Below are positions 53,211-64,000 of a stretch of 64,000 nucleotides of DNA, one piece after another. The stretch's first letter is position 1; each line of letters begins with the position of its first letter. The notes below the pieces were generated by a model. The model made no database searches. It was given only the letters and a program-made list of their open reading frames with translations, and was not told where the DNA came from. The stretch comes from Mobula hypostoma (Eukaryota): assembly GCF_963921235.1 (NCBI RefSeq), contig NC_086108.1, positions 27,530,001-27,594,000 of the forward strand, read 5' to 3'. The position numbers and the translations under genes were made by a program.

Positions 53211-53291
53211 CAGGGGTTCCCAATCTCTTTTTATGCCATGGACCCTTACCATTAACCGAGGGGTCCATGGACCATAGGTTGGGAACTCCTG
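53211..53291. mobile_element. hAT (Charlie-like) MITE
   Basis: TIR caggggttcccaa / ttgggaactcctg; 8-bp TSD tgctagag / tgttagag. Confidence 0.8.
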
Positions 53292-53680
53292 TGTTAGAGC
53301 ATAGCAGTGTACTGTGTGGACATTGCCAGAATTCAGAGGTAGCAGTGGAAACACACACAAAATGCTGGAAGAACTCAGTAGGTTGAGCAGCATCTATGGA
53401 GACAAATAAACAGTCTAGGTCTTGGGCCAAGACACCTCATCAGAAAGGGACAAGAAGCCAGAAGAAGGTGAGGGAGGGAAGGGAGCACATACTGGCAGAT
53501 GATAGAAGAAACCAGATGAGTGGGGTGGGGGGGGCAGGGGCGAATAAATTACGAAGCTGGGAGATGATATGTGGAAGAGGCAAAGGGCCGAAAAAGAAAA
53601 GATCTGACAGAAGAGGATAGTGGACCATGGGAAGAAGGGAAGGAGGAGGGGCAGATGAGGAGAAGAGATGGGATAAGAAT

Positions 53681-55486
53681 AGAGACCTGGAGCTGCGGCT
53701 TGATGACCTATAGCTTATTAGGGAAAGTGAGCAAGAGATAGATAGGAGCTACAGGGGATTAGTCACCCCAAGGCTACAGGAGTTATACAAGTGGGTGACT
53801 ATCAGGGAAGGTAAGTGAAGAGCTCAGATAGTAGAGGGCACCCCTGTGGCCATCCCCCTTAGTAATCATTATCTTGTTTTAGATGCTGTTTGAGGGGGGT
53901 GACCTGATAGAGGATGACCACGACGATTGGGTCCCTGGCACTGAGTCTGCTTCTGTGCTGCCGAAGGGAGAGAAGAAGATGAGGAATGCAGTAGTCATAG
54001 GGTATTCTATACTGAGGGGAACAGACAGGAAGTTCTGTCAGCCTGATGGAGATACCCGCATGGTGTGTTGCCTCCCAGGTGCCAGGGTATGGGATTGGGT
54101 GCAGAGTATTCTGAAGGGAGAGAGTGAACAGACAGAAGTACCAATGACATTGGTAGAAAAAGGGAGGAGGCTCTGAAGAGAGATTTCAGGGAGTTGGGTA
54201 GGAAACTGAAAAGCAGGACCTCCAGGATTGCTGCCTGTGCCATATGCTAACGAGCGCAAAAAAAAGCATGATCAGGCATATTAATGTGTGGCTGAGAGAC
54301 TTGTGTAGGGGGCAGGGCTTCGGTTTCCTGGATCATTAGGGCTTCTTCTGTTACACCTGAACCCAAAGGGATCCAATATCCTAGAAGGCAGGTTTAATAG
54401 TGCTATTCGGGGTGGTGGTGGGGGCGGGGGAGGTTAAACTAATTTGCTATGGGGATGGGAAACGGAGTGATAGGGCTGAGGAAGGGGGAAACAGAAACAA
54501 ATCAAAGATAGTGTGCAACAGAGATGATAGAAAGGACAGGCAGGAGATATGGCATAATCATAGCCAGTGGGATGATTTACAGGGCAATAGAGGCGTAGTG
54601 CAATTAAAACAGAAAGCAACAAATACTACATGCATCATAAGAAATACAATGGGCGATCTTGAAATACAGCTACAGATTGACAAGTATGACTTTGTGGCCA
54701 TCTCTGAAACTTGGCTACTTTGGTAGAAGAAATAAGCGGGCAGACTATTATTTAGTTGGGAAGAGAATTCAAAATGCAGAGATGCAAGGGGACTTGAGTC
54801 CTTGTGCAGGATATGTTAAAGGTTAACCCCTAGGTTGAGTCGGTGGAGTGGAAGGCAAATGCAATGTTGGTGTTCATTTCTAGAGGTATAGAATATAAGA
54901 GCAGGGATGTGATGTTGAGGCTCTATAAGGCACTCGTGAGACCACACTTGGAGTACTGCGTACAGTTTTGGGATCCTTATTTTAGAAAGAACATAGTGAC
55001 ATTGTAGAGGGTTCAGAGAAGATTCACGAGAATGATTCCAGGGATCAAAGGGTTACCGTATGAGGAATGTCTGGCAGCTCTTGGGCTGTATTCTGGAGTT
55101 CGGGAGAATGAGGGGGGATCTTATTGAAACATTCTGAATGTTAAAAGGCCTGAACGGATTAGATATGGCAAAGTTAATTTCCATGGTAGGAGTCTAGGAC
55201 AAGAGGGCATGACTTCATCATTTACAACAGAGATGCGGAGAAATTACTTTAGCCAGACGATGGTAAATCTGTAGAATTTGTTACCATGAGCAGCTGTGGA
55301 GGCCAAGTCATTGGGTGCATTTAAGGCAGAGATAGATAGGTTCTTGATTAGCCAGGGCATCAAAGGGTATTGGGAGAAGGCAGGGAAGTGGGGATGACTG
55401 GAAGAATTGGATCAGCCATGATTGAATGGTGGAGCAGACTCAATGGGCTGAATGGCCTACTTCTGCTCCTATATCTTATGGTCTTA
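53681..55486 (+). mobile_element. CR1 LINE with large internal deletion (ORF1 esterase + APE start fused to post-RT 3' end)
   Basis: AVVIGYSILRG..VCCLPGARV; VAISETWL joined near 54722 to FGRRNKRADYYL..RPHLEYCVQFW; tail tcttatggtctt. Confidence 0.8.
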
Positions 55487-55638
55487 AGAAGGAAGCTTTT
55501 ATAGGAAGTTAGAGGAGTCGATGCTCACGACATCAGGTTGTAGACTACCCTGATGGAATATGAGATGTTGCTCCTCCACACTGAGAATGTTCTCTTTGTG
55601 ACTGTAGAAGAGATCATGAACCGATATGGATCGACATG

Positions 55639-56462
55639 AAGGAGGAGGAGCTTAGGAGAGACAATGGTACCTAATGGCTACTCCCTCGCTTGCATCTTCG
55701 GAAACAGCTCTATTTCTATCTTTAATATCTCTATTTTTCCCTTTCACTGTTCTTTTGAAGACCCTGACCTGGAGTTACCCGCTGACTTTGGTTCTTTGCG
55801 GGAATGGAGCCTGAGCTCGGGGTCTGAAGACTGGCCATTATTCGATATACCAAGGACATAGCCTAGAAGGTTAGCTCGCCTTCGGCATGTCGGAATCTCG
55901 CGGCTCAGGAGGCAGGCAGATCTGAAGTTGGTGCCTCTGCAGGAAATTAGTGTGTCGAGGGAGATGGAAGATCTCTGGCTGTGTGGTCAGAGACCCGAGT
56001 TCTTTGGGCACAGAGCTCGGAAAAAGCGACGCAACAGACCTTTAACATCATAAATCAGTGAGCTGTTTGTTATGTCTCCCCTCTCGCTGTGAAATGGGGA
56101 CATCCCTTTTTCCCTTATTAGGGAGAGAGAGAGAGCCTGTGGTATGTCAAATACTGGGTGAATGACTAGTATTTGGGGTACTGCAAGTTTGTGTCCTTAT
56201 TGATGCTTTGCTGCACGCTTGAGTGCTCGGTGGGGGGTGCTGATGCTTTTTTTGTTGCTGGGTAAGGGGGGGATCGTTGCTTTGCTGCTGCTTACGTGTG
56301 GGAGGGGGGAGCTGGGGGGGCTTTGGGGTTCTAACATTTAACTGTTTTTCATTCTTTGGGGCACTCTGTTTTAGTGGATGGTTATGAAGAAAAAACATTT
56401 CAGGATGTATATTGTATATGTTTCTCTGAAATTAAATGTACAGTACCTTTGAAACCTTTGAA
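55639..56462 (+). mobile_element. Non-autonomous LINE-tailed element inserted in the PLE
   Basis: Flanked by acatg (55634-38 / 56463-67); tail acctttgaaacctttgaa like 38440-39545. Confidence 0.55.
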
Positions 56463-57640
56463 ACATGTTGGAATGGGAATGGGAAGTAAAATTAAAATGG
56501 ATGGCAATCGAGAGATCCCACCCTTTCCGGTGGATGGAGCAAAGGTGCTTAATGAAGTGGTCACCCAATCTCTGTTGGCTCTCACCAGTGTGGAGGAAGC
56601 CACATCGAGAGAACTGGATACAGTAGATGACCCTGACAGACTCACAAGGGAAGTGTTGCCTCACATGGAAGGACTGTTTGGAGCCCTGAAGGGTCGCAAG
56701 TGAGGAGGTGAAGGGATAGGTGTGGCATTTGTCCTTCTTGTAGGGTAAGTGCCAGGAAGGAGATCAGTGGGGAGGGATGAGTGGACAAGGGAGTTACATA
56801 GAGAGCAATCTCTGTGGAAAGCAGAGAGTGAGTGAGGGAAAGAAAATGTATTTAGTAGTCGGATCATGTTGAAGGGAGTGGAAGTTACAAAGAAGGATGT
56901 GCTGCATGAGGAGGCTCATGGAGTTGTAGGTAAGGACAAGGAAACAATCCCTATTATGGTGGCAGAAAGATGCTGCAAGGGCAGATGCCCAGAAATAGAG
57001 GTGATGTGGGTGAGGGTATCGATGATACAGGAAGGAAAGCCCATTTTTGAAGAAGCAGGACATCTCTGATATTCAACAATGGAGGGCCTTATCCTGAGAA
57101 TACATGTGGCCGAGCAAAGGGAGAAGGGGAATAGCATTTTAAAAAGTGACAGTGTGGAAATAGGTATAGTCAAAATGTTTATGAGAGTCAGTGAGTTTAT
57201 CAAAGGCATCCATAGATACATCTCCAGAGATGGAGACAAAGAGATTGAGGAAAGGAAGGGAAGTGTCAGAGATGGAGCAAGTAAATTTAAGGGCAGAGTG
57301 GAGGCAAGGTTGATGCAATTGATGATCTCAGCATGGGTGCAGGAAGCAGCACTAATGCAATTATCAATGTTGCGTAGAAAGAGTTGGGGAGCATTGCCAG
57401 TGTGGGCTTGGAACATAGACTGTTCCATGTAGCTGATGAAAAGCCAGGCATAACTGGGGCCCGAGTGAGTACCAATGGCTACACCTTAGGCTTAGAGAAA
57501 ATGAGAGGAACCAAAAGAGAAATTGTTGAAGGTGAGGACAATTTCCAACAGATGGAGAAGGTTGGTGGTGCAGGGGAATTGGTTAGGTCTGTTGTCTTGA
57601 AAGCAGCAGAGGACTTTAAGACCTTCCTGATGGCCAATAG

Positions 57641-60049
57641 TGTCATGATCTGGTCTGTGAAGTCCGCGTTATGGTTCACGGTCCACTCCGTGGACTCCGG
57701 ACTCCGGGTCTGATGCTCGTCTTGGGGCTGAGAATATAAGTGGCCCAGGGATTGAGTGTGGGTGCTAGTTTCTCTTGTCAGTATCCCCTTGGAGCAACCT
57801 GACAGTGGAAGGCTACAGCAGCCATTGGTAATCTCTAAGCCTGGTTGGAGGACCAACAATTCATGGAGCCTTGTTGTCTCTAGTTGGAGCAGTCATTGTG
57901 GTATGGATTCGGCCGTATCTGGGGCCATCTGAGTGGCCATCTGCCACTCCAAGCTAGATATGGATTTAGTCATAGCCCTACTTTATTGATCCCGGGGGAA
58001 ATTGGTTTTCGTTACAGTTGCGCCATAAATAATTAAATAGTAATATGTAAATTATGCCAGGAAATAAGTGCAGGACCAGCCTGTTGGCTCAGGGTGTCTG
58101 ACCCTCCAAGGGAGGAGTTGTAAAGTTTGATGGCCACAGGCAGGAATGACTTCCTATGACACTCTGCGTTGCATCTTGGTGGAACAAGTCTCTGGCTGAA
58201 TTTACTCCTGTGCCCAACCAGTACATTATGTAGTGGATGGGAGACATTGTCCAAGATGGCGTGCAACTTGGACAGCATCCTCTTTTCAGACACCACCGTC
58301 AGAGAGTCCAGTTCCATCCCCACAACATCACTGGCTTTACGAATGAATTTGTTGATTCTGTTGGTGTCAGCCACCCTCAGCCTGCTGCCCCAGCAACACA
58401 GCAGCAAACATGATCGCACTGGCCACCACAGACTCGTAGAACATCCTCAGCGTCATCCGACAGATGTTAAAGGACCTCAGTCTCCTCAGGAAATAGAGAC
58501 GGCTCTGACCCTTCTTGTAGACAGCCTCAGTGTTCTTTGACCAGTCCAGTTTATTGTCAATTCGTATCCTCAGGTATTTGTAATTCTCCACCATGTCCAC
58601 CCTGACCCCCTGGATGGAAACAGGGGTCACCGGTGCCTTAGCTCTCCTCAGGTCTACCACCAGCTCCTTAGTCTTTTTCACATTAAGCTGCAGATAATTC
58701 TGCTCACACCATGTGACAAAGCTTCCTACCGTAGCCCGGTACTCAGCCTCATCTCCCTTGCTGATGCATCCAACTATGGCAGAGTCATCAGAAAACTTCT
58801 GAAGATGACAAGACTCTGTGCAGTAGTTGAAGTCTGAGGTGTAAATGGTGAAGAGAAAGGGAGACAAGACTGTGGAGCCCCAGTGCTGTTGATCACTCTG
58901 TCGGACACACAATGTTGCAAGCACACGTACTGTGGTCTGCCAGTCAGGTAATCAAGAATCCAATGACACCAGGAAAGCATCCTCCTGCATCACTGTCAGC
59001 TTCTCCCCCAGCAGAGCAGGGCGGATGCTGTTAAACGCACTGGAGAAGTCAAAAAACATGACCCTCACAGTGCTCGCTGGCTTGTCCAGGTGGGCGTAGA
59101 CACGGTTCAGCACGTAGATGATGGCATCCTCAACTCCTAGTCGGGGCTGGTAGCCAACTGGAGGGGATCTAAGTGTGGCCTAACCATAGGCCAGAGCAGC
59201 TCCAGAACAAGTCTCTCCAGGATCTCCATGATGTGGGAGGTCAATGCCACCGGTCTGTAGTCATTGAGGCCGCTGGGGCACGGCGTCTTCGGCACAGGAA
59301 CCCTCCGGAGCCTTAGGCTCAGGTTGAAGACATGGTGAAGTCATGGCTGTTTCCATAGCCAGCCAAGGTTGCTGGCTGCCCTGAGACTCAGAGCCACCCC
59401 AGATTGAGCTCCCTTCCTGTGCTTACCTCCGTGGGGTATGTCAGGCCATCCTTGCCATTACCCTGCAGTTGGATCTGTCCCTTCCTGCCCTCGCCTCTGT
59501 TGGGTAATCCAGGCTGTCTTTGCTGTTACCCTGAGGCAGGACTGTTCTCTTCCCCTCCCCATCTGAATCCCTGTCAGTTTCCTTGGCAGTCATCATGGTC
59601 TGGTGTCCAAGGAAGGGGCCCGGCCCTGCGTCCTAGGAAGGGTCCTGGCCTTGTGCTCTAAGAAGGAGTCCCTGCACAGGGGTACCTTGTCCCGTCCAGG
59701 AGTTCCTCGCCTAGTCCTGTTGCAAAGCCTCGGAACCCAAGCCTCGCCTAGTCCTATCACTATGTCATGTTCAAGCCTAGTTCCAGGGTCTGAGCCCGAG
59801 TCAAGATCCAGGTTCTGGGTCCTTGTCCAGTCTCTGGCTCAGAGTCCAAACCGAGGCTCCTAGCTCCCAGTTCCTTGTCCTGATCCCACTTTCCTAGGCA
59901 AGATCCTGGCCCAAGTCTGTGTTCCTGACCCAGCTCCTATTCTGTGTCCAGTCCTGTCCCTAACTCTAGTCCAGTCCAATTCCCATTCCCAGTACTTCAG
60001 TGTCTGTGTCTTGCATTTGGGTCCGCCACCACTGCCCCCTTATGAGGCA
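57641..60049 (+). mobile_element. Solo-LTR-like insertion, itself split by a LINE
   Basis: tgtcatg...ca ends with perfect 5-bp TSD aatag (57636-40 / 60050-54); 3' gtgtcttgcatttgg.tcc shared with 36140-37745. Confidence 0.75.
57977..59338 (-). mobile_element. Rex1/Babar-like LINE (RT and 3' end), fairly young
   Basis: DYRPVALTSH, FFDFSSAFN, VLSPFLFTIYTSDF..LQKFSDDSAIVG..LNVKKTKELVVD..SRLYFLRRLRSF; TSD-like agtcatagc / agtcatggc. Confidence 0.88.
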
Positions 60050-60379
60050 AATAGAGGTGTATGGGGCTGGACATCCATAATGAAAATGAGGCCATCAGGG
60101 CCAGACAACTAATAGTGTTTGAGGAAATTGAAGGGACTGCTTCATCCAACACTTTAGCTCTGTCTGCCACAAAAGTCAGGATTCCTGGTGACCACCCATT
60201 TTAATTCCACTTCCGTTTCACATTCCAAAATGTCAGTTCTACCACAATGAAGCACTCTTAGATTGGAGGAGAAACACCTCATGTTCTGTCTGGGGGGCCT
60301 CCAAAGTGATGGCATGAACACTGATTTCTCTAACATCCAGTAATTTCTCCCCCTCCCCTTTCTCCCCTTTTCCATTCTT

Positions 60380-62384
60380 AATTAGGAAGGGGAAAAAAGA
60401 TTATGAGAGTAAACTGGCAGGGAACATAAAAACTGACTGTAAAAGCTTTTATAGATATGTGAAGAGAAGAAGATCGGTTAAGACAAATGTAGGTCCCCTA
60501 CAGACAGAAACAGGTGAATTGATTATGGGGAGCAAGGACATGGCAGACCAATTGAGTAATTACTTTGGTTCTGTCTTCACTAAGGAGACAATAATCTTCT
60601 GGAAATAGTAGGGGACAGAGGGTCCAGTGAGATGGAGGAACTGAGGGAAATGCATGTTAGTAGGGAAGTGGTGTTAGGTAAATTGAAGGGATTAAAGGCA
60701 GATAAATCCCTAGGGCCAGATGGTCTGCATCCCAGAGTGCTTAAGGAAGTAGCACAAGAAATAGTGGGTGCATTAGTGATAATTTTTCAAAACACTTTAG
60801 ATTCTGGACTAGTTCCTGAGGATTGTAGGGTGGCTAATGTAACCCCACTTTTTAAAAAAGAAGGGACAGAGAAACCAGGGAATTATAGACCGGTTAGCCT
60901 AACATCGGTGGTGGGGAAACTGCTAGAGTCAGTTATCAAAGATGTGATAACAGCACATTTGGAAAGCGGTGAAATCATCGGACAAAGTCAGCATGGATTT
61001 GTGAAAGGAAAATAATGTCTGACGAATCTCATAGGATTTTTTGAGGATGTAACTAGTAGAGTGGATAGGGGAGAACAAGTGGATGTGGTATATTTGGATT
61101 TTCAAAAGGCTTTTGACAAGGTCCCACACAGAGGATTAGTGTGCAAACTTAAAGCACACGGTATTGAGGGTAAGGTATTGAGGATAGAGAATTGGTTGAC
61201 AGACAGGAAGCAAAGAGTGGGAATAAATGGGACCTTTTCAGAATGGCAGGCAGTGACTGGTGGGGTACCGCAAGGCTCAGTGCTGGGACCCCAGTTGTTT
61301 ACAATATATATTAATGACTTGGATGAGGGAATTAAATGCAGCATCTCCAAGTTTGTGGATGACACGAAGCTGGACGGCAGTGTTAGCTGTGAGGAGGATG
61401 CTAAGAGGATGCAGGGTGACTTGGATAGGTTAGGTGAGTGGGCAAATTCATGGCAGATGCAATTTAATGTGGATAAGTGTGAAGTTATCCACTTTGGTGG
61501 CAAAAATAGGAAAACAGATTATTATCTGAATGGTGGCCAATTAAGAAAAGGGGAGGTACAACAAGACCTGGGTGTCATTATACACCAGTCATTGAAAGTG
61601 GGCATGCAGGTACAGCAGGCAGTGAAAAAGGCGAATGGTATGCTGGCATTTATAGCGAGAGGATTTGAGTACAGGAGCAGGGAGGTACTACTGCAGTTGT
61701 ACAAGGCCTTGGTGAGACTGCACCTGGAGTATTGTGTGCAGTTTTGGTCCCCTAATCTGAGGGAAGACATCCTTGCCATAGAGGGAGTACAAAGAAGGTT
61801 CACCAGATTGATGGCGACGACGGGTCTCGCCCTGAAACATCGACTGCACCTCTTCCTAGAGATGCTGCCTGGCTTGCTGCATTCACCAACAACTTTTATG
61901 TGTGTCACCAGATTGATTCCTGGGATGGCAGGACTTTCATATGATGAAAGAGTGGATGAACTAGGCTTATACTCATTGGAATTTAGAAGATTGAGGGGGG
62001 ATCTGATTGAAACATATAAAATCCTAAAGGGATTGGACAGGCTAGATGCAGGAAGATTGTTCCCGATGTTGGGGAAGTCCAGAATGAGGGGTCACAGTTT
62101 GAGGATAAAGGGGAAGCCTTTTAGGACCGAGGTTAGGAAAAACTTCTTCACACAGAGAGTGGTGAATCTGTGGAATTCTCTGCCACAGGAAACAGTTGAG
62201 GCCAGTTCATTGGCTATATTTAAGAGGGAGTTAGATATGGCCCTTGTGGCTAAAGGGATCAGGGGGTATGGAGGGAAGGCTGGTACAGGGTTCTGAGTTG
62301 GATGTTCAGCCATGATCATACTGAATGGCGGTGCAGGCTCGAAGGGCCGAATGGCCTACTCCTGCACCTATTTTCTATGTTTCT
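60380..62384 (+). mobile_element. Young 5'-truncated CR1 LINE, ORF2 RT
   Basis: GPDGLHPRVLKE, NYRPVSLTS, QHGF, one premature stop at 61013-15, then a 411-aa ORF with DFQKAFDKV, GVPQGSVLGP, FVDDTKL; ctatgtttct tail. Confidence 0.93.
61813..61904 (+). mobile_element. Short PLE-terminus fragment inserted in the CR1 ORF
   Basis: 13-bp TSD tcaccagattgat (61800-12 / 61905-17); insert matches ~35320-35410. Confidence 0.85.
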
Positions 62385-62871
62385 ATTCTCCTTTCAGGCT
62401 GCCCTCTTACCACTTCTCATCTCATCTGCCCATCACCTTCATCTGGAGCTCCTCATCCTTCCCTTTCTCCCATGGTCTACTCTTCTGTTCAATCAAATTA
62501 TTTCTTCTTCACCACAATACCTCTTCCACCTATCATATTTCAGATTCTCACTTCATTCCCCCTCCTCCACTTACCCATTTCCCCCTTACCTGGTTTCACC
62601 TGTCACCTGCCAGCTTGTATGCCTCTCCCCACCCCCCGCCCTCACCACCTTCTTTTCCTGTTTTCTGCCTTTCCAGTCCTGATGAAGGGTCTCAGTCTGA
62701 AGCATTGACTGTTTATTCCTCTCCAGCATTCCTCCAGCATGTTGTGTGTGTTGATCTGGATTTCCAGCATCTGCAGAATCTCCTGTGCCTTAGAGATGGA
62801 AGCTATTAGGCATCGACTAGGTGTTCAGCAGTTTTCAATTGCTTTACTTGCATATATCCACTATCATGTCA

Positions 62872-64000
62872 TTTTTTTATAATGTAATTTTTATTGAGTT
62901 TTCAAAAAGAATACACGAAAAGATAAAATCTACCCTCCCCGCTCCCCTTAACCCTCCCCCCCGCCATATATAGTCCTACCTAAAAAGAAAGAAGAGAAAA
63001 AAAAAGAAGAGCCGCCTGGGTATTGGAAGGTTTCCACATGTTCCATGGGATTCAAAATAAATTTGGTATAATTATTTGTTACTTTCCCCAAGAGACCAAG
63101 ATCTTTATCGGAGCACTTAAATATGCCATCCTATCTTTTGTAAATAAAGGCGCCAAATATTCAAAAATGTTACATATTTATCTCTTAAATTATAAGTAAT
63201 TTTTTCGAGTGGAATAGAACTAGCCATTTCATTATTCCAACAATCCATACTTAAACACGAATCAGATTTCCAAGTAACTGCTATAGTCTTCTTAGCTGCT
63301 GCCAATGCAATTTTTATAAATTCTTTCTGATATTTATTCAATTTAAGTTTCGGCTTTATCCCTTCAATATCACCTAATAGAAATAATACAGGGTTATGTG
63401 GAAGTTGAGTTCCAGTAATTTGTTCCAATAAGACTCTTAAATTTATCCAAAAGGGTTGAATTTTAAAACAAGACCAAGTAGAATGTAAAAAAGTACCAAT
63501 TTCTTGATTACACCGAAAGCATTTATCGGATAGATTTGAATTTAATCTATTTATTTTCTGTGGTGTAATGTATAATTGGTGTAAAAAATTATATTGTACT
63601 AATCTAAGTCGAACATCTATTGTATATGTCATACTGTCAAGACAGAGTCTTGACCAATTTGTTTCATCAATATTAATATTCAGATCTGTTTCCCATTTTT
63701 GCTTTGACATATGGATTCCTTGTTTAATTGTCTGTTCTTGAATCAAATTATACATACAAGAAATAAATTTTTTAATTTTCCCTTTTTGAATTAAAATTTC
63801 AATTTCATTAGGTTTTGGCAAAAACATTGTTTGACCCAGCTTACCTTTTAAGTAAGCCCTTAATTGAAGGTAACAAAAAAAGTATTATTTGATATTTTAT
63901 ATTTATACTTTAATTGTTCAAATGACATCAATATACCACGTTCATAACAATCTCCTATAAATTTAATCCCTTTTTGGTACCAATTATATAAAAGTTGATT
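62872..64000 (-). mobile_element. L1/Tx1-type LINE 3' end (ORF2 C-terminus, runs off the window)
   Basis: KWETDL..W..RLRLVQYNFLHQLYITP..CFRC..GTFLHSTWSC..FW (zf-RVT-like CCHC); stop at 63117; 3' UTR with AATAAA and A-tail. Confidence 0.85.

Larger units (their letters stand above)
53350..62790. mobile_element. Old PLE (minus body incl. RT and GIY-YIG remnants, inverted plus terminus) acting as host for nested insertions
   Basis: PLE pieces at 53350-53680, 55487-55638, 56463-57640 and 60050-~60135 (-) (VIYCIQFSRCGFLHTGE; LFLRNIDNCI RT-like), and ~60138-60379, 62385-62790 (+). Confidence 0.7.

Overview
This is eukaryotic, repeat-saturated, apparently intronic or intergenic DNA. The repeat repertoire (HER1/CR1-type LINEs, V-SINE/HE1-like SINEs, Penelope-like elements) suggests a cartilaginous fish, probably a ray; that is an inference. 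No host protein-coding gene can be named with confidence, and every ORF I can recognise is transposon-derived. Elements found: CR1 LINEs, Rex1/Babar-like LINEs, an L1/Tx1-like LINE, Vingi-like and HERO-like LINE 3' ends, Penelope-like elements (PLEs) with a GIY-YIG domain, a decayed Gypsy LTR element, two solo-LTR-like inserts, a Tc1 transposon, and hAT/Tc1/mariner MITEs. Several are nested 2-3 deep with readable target-site duplications (TSDs). The most notable observations are: (i) minimal hammerhead-ribozyme motifs in the PLE termini, intact in a young copy with ~1 kb inverted arms; (ii) a recurring tail-out inverted PLE architecture; (iii) a tRNA-headed SINE sharing its 3' end with the Vingi-like LINE; (iv) an in-frame PLE fragment inside a CR1 RT ORF; (v) a weak candidate CRE+TATA promoter and micro-exon of an unidentified host gene. 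Boundaries of old repeats are approximate and were read by eye.
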